From positions 136,734 to 200,733 of IMG/VR virus record IMGVR_UViG_3300020463_000001: a stretch of DNA of 64,000 nt. The stretch is one strand, 5' to 3'. The notes under the pieces were generated by a model. That model did no database searches. It was not told the DNA's origin and saw nothing but the letters and a program-made list of their open reading frames with translations. A program made the position numbers and the translations under genes. Of this stretch, positions 57,183 through 64,000 are shown piece by piece. Within the stretch, counting starts at the first letter, position 1, and each line of letters starts with the position of its first letter. Source of the stretch: a virus. Its lineage: Duplodnaviria; Caudoviricetes.

Positions 57183-59438
57183 TTAAGAAATTATAATTAC
57201 CACTGCACCATCATATCCGTTATAGCCATCATCTGCGGAAGTAGAATTTGTAGCCCCTGCAGGTCTATATGAAGTTCCTAGACCATATCCGCCCTTACCG
57301 GCATCTGTAGGATAATCCGAATCATCGTCATATGGGGGAAGACCGTTATGGTTCAACCCAAGTCCGGCTGATATAGAAGTAGTAATCCCAGTTCCGTATG
57401 TATCATTTACATAACCGGAACCACCTCCGCCACCGCCGACGTTACCGCCACCGCCACCGAAGTATCCACCACCTCCGCCTCCAAGCCCGGTCGTTATAGC
57501 CCAATCGGCCGTCTGGTTGCCGGATTGAGATAACCCACCTCGTAATGGCCCTGCATGGCTAGTATTATTACCATTATATGGAGAACTAGAACCGGCAGAA
57601 GATTGATCTCCGCCCGTGGCACCCTGCATATCATGACCTCCGTTAAAGTTTCCAGTAACTGAGTCTTGACCGATATCACCACCACCGGCTCCGCCATGAC
57701 TACCATATACAGGGTCTCCGCCAGAACCACCGCCACCGGCGATAAGAATTGCTTGTCCTTGAGTTACTGCAGTGTCGCCACCACCGTTTCCTAAGAATAG
57801 TCCAGTATATCCTCCACCTTCAGATGCCCCCTGATTTGGAGCGGCGAACTCATCCCCGCCTCCACCTGCCTGCCAGGTTGCGCCCTGATCTACGTTATCG
57901 TCATTATTGTAACCACGGCCACCTTCCCCGATTTGAATAACATATTCTTGACCAGAAGTTAACGTCAAAGACATTTCGGAATACCCGCCTGGGCCGCCGT
58001 ATTGAGGACTTACTCCTAAATTACTACCATCATGGCGATATCCACCCCCACCACCGGCACCCCACATCTTAACTGTGGCAGTAACATCTGCTGATGGTGT
58101 GATGATATACTCTCCGCTAACATTGAATGTGTGTGTTCCTGCAGAGTATGTATCTTCTGATTGATATGCTGGAGAAAATACGACAGAACCAGAACCACCT
58201 CCAGAGGGTGCTGGATATGGACTGTCTGTAACGAGAGAGGCATTAACGCCAGGGCCTCCCCAGTATATAGTTTGATTAAACGAAGACGCATCAACGATAT
58301 CTGTGGTGTTACTGCTAGATATTAGTAGTGATGTTCCTGCGACATCTGCCAGTGCTGCAGTTGGTACAGAGAAGTTTTGTGTGTATACTGATGTACCTTT
58401 GATAAGTCTTACATCCGAAATATAACCATCTAATATGAAAGTTCCCTCAAGAGCACCTATCGAAATCCCTTGCCCCGCATAGTCTAGGTTGTCGGTGTCT
58501 GCGCGAGAATCTTGTGCAACGCCGTCCAAGTATATGGTAACTGTCCCTGATGATCTTGATATCGCAACATGATGCCAAGAATTTAAAGAAACTGCAGCAG
58601 AAGATATTTTTGCGGAAGATCCATTTTCATCTGTTTGGTATGAAATAGTACCGTCTGTATGAACGGCTACTCTCCAATATCCGCCCGCGCTGGTTCTTTT
58701 TCCAAAAATTCCTGATATTGGAGATCCTCCAGATGGAAGTGAATTTAGTTTAACCCAACATTCTGCGGTAAAATCTCCTGTATTGAATTGTATACCAGAA
58801 TAATCGGACGTATAGATATATGATGTCCCACCAAAATCTATTGACGATGTAGGAGCTCCGCCGGCAGCAACAACTGCTGCGACTTTCCATTCTGATCCGT
58901 CCCAGTATTTAAGTTCTGCAGTAGACGCATCAAACGCAGTAGCACCAGAAGTTGCACTGGCAGGGAGATCTGCAGTTTGAGCGTATTGCGGAATATTGAA
59001 TACTTGAGATGAGTTTTCGAATTGACTAGAGACATGGTTATATACTAATGTTTCGTCATTTGCGATAGAACTAATATTGACTTCTGATAGTCCGGATACG
59101 GATACACCGCTCCAGTTTTTAGAAGTACCACTAGTTCCTAAGAATTTACCACTCTGATCTAACTGAGCAGGAATGAATGCACCAGCAACAAATGTGTCTG
59201 GTTCCAGAACATTACCGATTGCTTTACCGATACTCTTTAGTTCAGTCGCAGTTGCAGATGGAGCGAGACCAGCTGCTCTTGAGTTAATTGCAACTTCTAA
59301 CCCAGCATTCTCTGATTGTTCCAAACTAGGAGCAATTCTAGAAAGATTAAGAAGTTCTCTTGCACTTGCTGATGCAGCAACTTCAGTTGCTCTTGTTGAG
59401 AGTGCTGAGATTGAGGGGTCTAAATTTGTATCTGACAT
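57183..59438 (-). CDS. Fibre-like protein: shared N-terminus, LamG domain, Gly-rich domain
   Basis: N-terminus paralogous to 1919..4801; DFTAECWVK..WHHVAISR..YISDVR (LamG); WGAGGGGG. Confidence 0.7.
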   Translation of the reverse strand: MSDTNLDPSISALSTRATEVAASASARELLNLSRIAPSLEQSENAGLEVAINSRAAGLAPSATATELKSIGKAIGNVLEPDTFVAGAFIPAQLDQSGKFLGTSGTSKNWSGVSVSGLSEVNISSIANDETLVYNHVSSQFENSSQVFNIPQYAQTADLPASATSGATAFDASTAELKYWDGSEWKVAAVVAAGGAPTSSIDFGGTSYIYTSDYSGIQFNTGDFTAECWVKLNSLPSGGSPISGIFGKRTSAGGYWRVAVHTDGTISYQTDENGSSAKISSAAVSLNSWHHVAISRSSGTVTIYLDGVAQDSRADTDNLDYAGQGISIGALEGTFILDGYISDVRLIKGTSVYTQNFSVPTAALADVAGTSLLISSSNTTDIVDASSFNQTIYWGGPGVNASLVTDSPYPAPSGGGSGSVVFSPAYQSEDTYSAGTHTFNVSGEYIITPSADVTATVKMWGAGGGGGYRHDGSNLGVSPQYGGPGGYSEMSLTLTSGQEYVIQIGEGGRGYNNDDNVDQGATWQAGGGGDEFAAPNQGASEGGGYTGLFLGNGGGDTAVTQGQAILIAGGGGSGGDPVYGSHGGAGGGDIGQDSVTGNFNGGHDMQGATGGDQSSAGSSSPYNGNNTSHAGPLRGGLSQSGNQTADWAITTGLGGGGGGYFGGGGGNVGGGGGGSGYVNDTYGTGITTSISAGLGLNHNGLPPYDDDSDYPTDAGKGGYGLGTSYRPAGATNSTSADDGYNGYDGAVVIIIS

Positions 59439-59464
59439 TCTTGATTCCTATTGTAAGTATCATA

Positions 59465-59490
59465 AGAGTCCGGATTTGCATCCGGACTCT
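59465..59490 (-). terminator. Perfect 11-bp hairpin with GCAA loop on the minus strand
   Basis: AGAGTCCGGAT-TTGC-ATCCGGACTCT; weak U-tract. Confidence 0.55.
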
Positions 59491-59519
59491 GATTCACATG
59501 ATATTTCAGAAAGTTTTGG

Positions 59520-60998
59520 TTACTCTGGAGCCCAGATATTATGAATATAATTAAATCCTTGACAGGTCAAAGTATAATCATCAATTTTTGTCCACTGAGA
59601 TCCCGCGTTGCTGGCCATAGTTTGCCATGCGTAACTCGATGCGATGTTTCCATTTGATTGATTGTCTGTATAAGTTTCGTCGATATACTGATTGACAAAA
59701 TACTTTTGGTACTGCGAATTGCCCGTCCAGTAACTATTAATATTAGTATTCGTATGAACAAAGAAATGATTAGAATCCAACCAGACCGCCTGTTTGCCCC
59801 GCCAGGTGGAGTTTCCGCTGACACTATTTTCATAATTCATTTCTGTGTTTGCAGTTCCGTCTTCGTGGACAATCATACTATAACCACCTATTTCTGCCCA
59901 CGACTTCATGTAAAACTGTGGATAGTTTGTGCTCGCGTTAGAGACTGCACTCGGCACAACATTTATAGGAAGAAAAACTCCAAAAGAACCGTTGTTATTG
60001 GCCAGATTGCCGTAACCGCTGTTGTTGCTGGCCGGCGTGAACCCACCAGTTAGTCCCCAAGATTGCGAGAAACCACTAGTCGCAAGATCGCCTCCCGTAG
60101 AAGATGGAATATATGTAAAACAGTAGTAACTTGGATAACGCAGACTCGACCAACTAGTAGATCCATTTTGAGTGAATCTGAAGTGCCACTTGCCATCTCT
60201 TCCTTCTACTGCACTGATATAAGGGGAGCTCGAAGAGGCAGCAGTACTCCAAGTCGCCGGATTTATGGCAGTTCCACCACCGGAGTTTACGCCGTATGTC
60301 GGTAGATATTGTGCGCCATAGGCGCTACTAAAATTGTCTATATCTAAGTACGAGCTGCCCCCGTCACTAGAAGCAACTCTTGTTTTAGTCAGTGTCTTTG
60401 CTGACGAATTCCATACTCTCTGATTTAAGTATCCTCGAGTATTCCCATCCTGATCGTGAGTAATTACTACATTATCTTCAACTCTTTGCATGAATAAATG
60501 ACACGATGCTGCCGCGTTGCCCGGATCGCTGTTGGTAGTCTGATACAACCCACCCGCAGTTTCTTCAAATACATAAACACCACAATCATATGTAGATTCA
60601 TCCACCTCTATTACATAGTAGGTAGATTCATCTTCTGTATATGGAATTTTTAATAATGCAGTCGTACTGTTAATTCTTTCGATATTAATCATTCTATCTT
60701 TAAAATCGCTAGTATTGTTACTGAAAGCTTGTCCACCCAGACCGTAGATTCTAGAACGCTTTGTGACTTTGCCGTGTGTGCTATAATCTCGCAAATTATA
60801 AGTGTACAGATCGATTACCGCAAAATTTGGGTTCTGTTGTAATCTTACTGATATAAAGAGGTTATTATCTGGCCCGGTCGTTGCCGTACCTCCCAACCAA
60901 CAATAGGTAAAAGCACTTTTTGCATTATTGCTTCTTATATTACTACTTTCCTTGATTGACCCGCCGCCATGGGGGATCGATACTGCTATATCTGCCAT
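59520..60998 (-). CDS. Ser/Asn/Gly/Tyr-rich virion-like hypothetical
   Basis: 492 aa; GGGAG RBS; late promoter upstream. Confidence 0.6.
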   Translation of the reverse strand: MADIAVSIPHGGGSIKESSNIRSNNAKSAFTYCWLGGTATTGPDNNLFISVRLQQNPNFAVIDLYTYNLRDYSTHGKVTKRSRIYGLGGQAFSNNTSDFKDRMINIERINSTTALLKIPYTEDESTYYVIEVDESTYDCGVYVFEETAGGLYQTTNSDPGNAAASCHLFMQRVEDNVVITHDQDGNTRGYLNQRVWNSSAKTLTKTRVASSDGGSSYLDIDNFSSAYGAQYLPTYGVNSGGGTAINPATWSTAASSSSPYISAVEGRDGKWHFRFTQNGSTSWSSLRYPSYYCFTYIPSSTGGDLATSGFSQSWGLTGGFTPASNNSGYGNLANNNGSFGVFLPINVVPSAVSNASTNYPQFYMKSWAEIGGYSMIVHEDGTANTEMNYENSVSGNSTWRGKQAVWLDSNHFFVHTNTNINSYWTGNSQYQKYFVNQYIDETYTDNQSNGNIASSYAWQTMASNAGSQWTKIDDYTLTCQGFNYIHNIWAPE

Positions 60999-61044
60999 TT
61001 TTTATTCTCCCTTTGAATTAAATGAACTTAGTTTTTAATGTTAC

Positions 61045-61052
61045 TATTTATA
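61045..61052 (-). promoter_or_regulatory. Late promoter TATAAATA (minus strand)
   Basis: TATTTATA on the plus strand, intergenic. Confidence 0.8.
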
Positions 61053-61080
61053 ATTTTTTTCTTTACATATCCCGTAATGA

Positions 61081-64000
61081 TTATGATCCTCCAAATGCAA
61101 CTGCGGATCCAAACTTATGGCTAAATCCACCATCGCTTGCAGTAATCTTGATTTCATTAGTTCCATCAAGATCATAAATATAAATTGCCCCTGATTGGTT
61201 ATCTATGCTACTGTCACCAAACGCGCCGACTACAATCTTGCCGTCTGCAACTCCCACGGAACTACCAAAGTACTGATAATCCGTACCGCTATTGGCCATG
61301 AGTTTAACTTCATTATTTCCATTTAGATCGTAGATATAAACAGCACCGGCGTTAGTTCCATTCTCATCTTCGTTGCGTGCTCCCACAACAATTTTGCCTT
61401 CGCCGACTGCAATTGCGTCTCCAAAATAATCTCCGTTTGCGGAATCACTTGCCTTGATGTGGACTTCATTGGAACCATCTAGGTTATAAACATGAACTGA
61501 TCCAGATTCATTATCATTGCGGTATGAACCAACAACGATCTTATTTTCGCCAACTGCAACCCTATATCCAAAATATTCCCAATCGGTCACATCGGCCGAA
61601 GTTATCTTAAATTCATTAGAACCATCTAGATCAAAGACATAAACTGATCCAGAGCCGTTTCCGTTATCATCATCTCCATATGCGCCAACAACGATCTTGT
61701 TGTTTCCAACTGCGACTGATTGGCCAAAGTAATCAGTCCAGTCGCCGTCGCTTGCGGTTATCTTAAATTCATTAGAACCATCTAGATCGTAAACATAAGC
61801 CGATCCGGACTCTTGTCCTTTGGTATCCTCCCAAATACTTCCAACAACAATCTTGTTGTCTCCAACTGCAACTGAGTGACCAAAGTTATCGCCACTCGCA
61901 CCATCACTTGCATTGATTTTAACTTCATTAGTTCCATCTGCGTCATAAACATAAACAGATCCAGAGGCGCTTCCATTGTCAGCGTTTTCTTTTGCACCGA
62001 CAACAATCTTACCGTCACTAACTGCAACTGAGTAACCAAACTGGTCGTAGGCCCCAGCGTCACTTGCGGCAATTTTTACTTCATTAGTTCCATCTGTGTC
62101 ATAAACATAAACGGCTCCTGCGCTTGTCTGGCCATTGGCATCTGCATAATAAGCGCCAACAACGATCTTATCGACGGGGGCAACCACCAAGACGGTTCCT
62201 GATGAATTGAATGGATCAAAGCTATTGGAGATGCTGAAGTTGCTATGGACATTAGAAGCCCATCTAGAGGTTGTGTCTAGAGATCCACCAATTATGGCAG
62301 GGCCCGCGACCTCTTCTGCTGGTAACAAGAAGTTATTTGTCCACGGAGGCCCGATTCTTAGTATCACAGCGTTACCGGCATCTCTTGGCCAGGTGGTATA
62401 CTGACCCAGACTTGATGTATCTAACGTAGCAACAAGACTATCGTCTGAAGTATCGATTATAAGAGTGTCTTCCGTTCCAGACCCCGTACCAACATTTGTA
62501 AATAAATAATCTCCGACTAGTCTAGTGTTTGCCGTTCCAAAATTTCTACTCCACGAATTTGATCCGGTAGGATCTCCATAACCGAAATCAGCTGGTGCAA
62601 GAGATTTTATTAGTGAAGGATTGTCTGGATCTGATACATCAAATACATGAATTCTTCCTTCATACTTCTCATAACCCTGATCTCCATCTGTGTTCGGCGC
62701 ACCTACATACAACTTATTTGTTGAAGTAATACCGGCAACTCTTCTGAATGAGTTTGTTCCGCTTGCGTCTGGGTAATTAGGATCTCCTACACTGCTACGA
62801 ACACTTCCATCAGATGTGTCTACGAGATATACTCTACCATTAGATCGTTTCGCCGGATTGTTATTATCTACGGTAGAACCGCCGTCCCAAGGATCACCAT
62901 TTGCGTTTACTGCAATTAATGAATTGGTTCCTGCAACTTCTCCGTATTCACTTGCAAATCCTGCGTATTGATATTGAGTTGGAGCAGTTGATATCTGCCA
63001 CTCTTGTACTGGATTCGATGGATCTGTCATATCATACTGCTGCAGATAAGTCGGAGCGAATCTGCCATATGTGACTAGTTTTCCATTGGGAAGAGTTATT
63101 ATTCCCATCATATGACCACCGGCAGCTCCAGAATTTAATGTTGCAACTTTAGAACCAGTGTTTATATCTAATATTTGAACTTCTCCCTGATTACTGTTTC
63201 CTCTTATGTTTACGAATGCAACATAATTATCTGTGACTGCAAGGTGATGTGGTGAAGAGAGTCCGTCAGAAAAACTATCATCATCATAAGACCACAATTC
63301 CGCAAGAGTGGATCTGTCAAATGCCTTAATATTAGGATTCTTTGTTCCATCTGCCAAAACTATATAATTTTCACTGGCTTGTGCCGCTTCAGCTGAATGT
63401 AAAGTTGCTAAGTTAGTCGCATTCGCAACAGCGTTATCCCATACCAGAGATACAGATCCTCCGCCAGTTCCAGCAGTTGCTTCAGTTCCATCAACCATCA
63501 AGACTGTTCCTGATGAATTGAATGGATCAAAGCTATTGGAGATGTTGAAGTTGCTATGGATACTATTTCCTGCGTGTGATGCTGCCCATCTAGAGGTTGT
63601 ATCTATTGATCCACCAATAGTCGTTTCACCAGTTGATTGTGTTCCATCAACCATCAACACTGTTCCTGATGAATTGAATGGATCAAAGCTATTGGAGATG
63701 CTGAAGTTGCTATGGACATTAGAAGCCCATCTAGAGGTTGTATCAACGTCTCCACCAACAGTCGTTCCACCAGTTGATTGTGTTCCATCAACCATCAACA
63801 CTGTTCCTGATGAATTGAATGGATCAAAGCTATTGGAGATGCTGAAGTTGCTATGGACATTAGAAGCCCATCTAGAGGTTGTATCAACGTCTCCACCAAC
63901 AGTCGTTCCACCAGTTGATTGTGTTCCATCAACCATCAACACTGTTCCTGATGAATTGAATGGATCAAAGCTATTGGAGATGCTGAAGTTGCTATGGACA
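61081..64000 (-). CDS. FG-GAP/propeller fibre-like protein; 5'-truncated by window edge
   Basis: C-terminal FG.SVAV...KIVVGA...GSVYVYDLDGSNE repeats, a middle propeller, and N-terminal 47-aa repeats running off the window. Confidence 0.75.
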   Translation of the reverse strand, partial: VHSNFSISNSFDPFNSSGTVLMVDGTQSTGGTTVGGDVDTTSRWASNVHSNFSISNSFDPFNSSGTVLMVDGTQSTGGTTVGGDVDTTSRWASNVHSNFSISNSFDPFNSSGTVLMVDGTQSTGETTIGGSIDTTSRWAASHAGNSIHSNFNISNSFDPFNSSGTVLMVDGTEATAGTGGGSVSLVWDNAVANATNLATLHSAEAAQASENYIVLADGTKNPNIKAFDRSTLAELWSYDDDSFSDGLSSPHHLAVTDNYVAFVNIRGNSNQGEVQILDINTGSKVATLNSGAAGGHMMGIITLPNGKLVTYGRFAPTYLQQYDMTDPSNPVQEWQISTAPTQYQYAGFASEYGEVAGTNSLIAVNANGDPWDGGSTVDNNNPAKRSNGRVYLVDTSDGSVRSSVGDPNYPDASGTNSFRRVAGITSTNKLYVGAPNTDGDQGYEKYEGRIHVFDVSDPDNPSLIKSLAPADFGYGDPTGSNSWSRNFGTANTRLVGDYLFTNVGTGSGTEDTLIIDTSDDSLVATLDTSSLGQYTTWPRDAGNAVILRIGPPWTNNFLLPAEEVAGPAIIGGSLDTTSRWASNVHSNFSISNSFDPFNSSGTVLVVAPVDKIVVGAYYADANGQTSAGAVYVYDTDGTNEVKIAASDAGAYDQFGYSVAVSDGKIVVGAKENADNGSASGSVYVYDADGTNEVKINASDGASGDNFGHSVAVGDNKIVVGSIWEDTKGQESGSAYVYDLDGSNEFKITASDGDWTDYFGQSVAVGNNKIVVGAYGDDDNGNGSGSVYVFDLDGSNEFKITSADVTDWEYFGYRVAVGENKIVVGSYRNDNESGSVHVYNLDGSNEVHIKASDSANGDYFGDAIAVGEGKIVVGARNEDENGTNAGAVYIYDLNGNNEVKLMANSGTDYQYFGSSVGVADGKIVVGAFGDSSIDNQSGAIYIYDLDGTNEIKITASDGGFSHKFGSAVAFGGS
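63500..64000 (-). repeat. 141-bp (47-aa) tandem repeat with a dispersed copy near 62195-62275
   Basis: GAATTGAATGGATCAAAGC recurs at 63515, 63671, 63812 and 63953 (spacing 156, 141, 141) and at 62204. Confidence 0.92.

Noticed and set aside
63500-64000. Possible CRISPR array
   Set aside because: Whole 141-bp units are repeated in frame inside a CDS; there are no unique spacers and no cas genes.

Overview
64-kb segment of a large T4-like (Tevenvirinae-type) myovirus, probably marine. It has hsp20, cobS/cobT-like genes and a 2OG-Fe(II) oxygenase but no photosynthesis genes in this window, and a putative spanin pair suggests a Gram-negative host. Layout: (1) 1-7.0 kb, beta-propeller virion/fibre proteins; (2) 7.1-13.4 kb, gp3-uvsY-uvsW-gp55-gp47-gp46; (3) 13.4-16.0 kb, an inserted four-gene cassette (RHH regulator, C5 DNA methyltransferase with an Asn-to-Arg change in motif X, PD-(D/E)xK-like ORF, CmoA-like enzyme), best read as a DNA carboxymethylation system; (4) 16-30 kb, cobT/cobS, gp45-44-62, regA, hsp20 with a ROSE-like leader, gp43, uvsX, gp40/41; (5) 30.3-39 kb, a late cluster whose proteins carry T4-like capsid-targeting N-termini (ligase-like, kinase, nuclease, cytidyltransferase, a putative polyprotein); (6) 39.7-46.4 kb, a repeat-rich tail fibre and putative spanins; (7) 46.4-57.2 kb, primase, nrdA, grx-nrdB, RuvC-like, denV-like, rnh, two tRNAs and small early genes; (8) 57.2-64 kb, minus-strand fibre/propeller genes with 141-bp tandem repeats. 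All calls are by motif recognition; no database search or computation was run.
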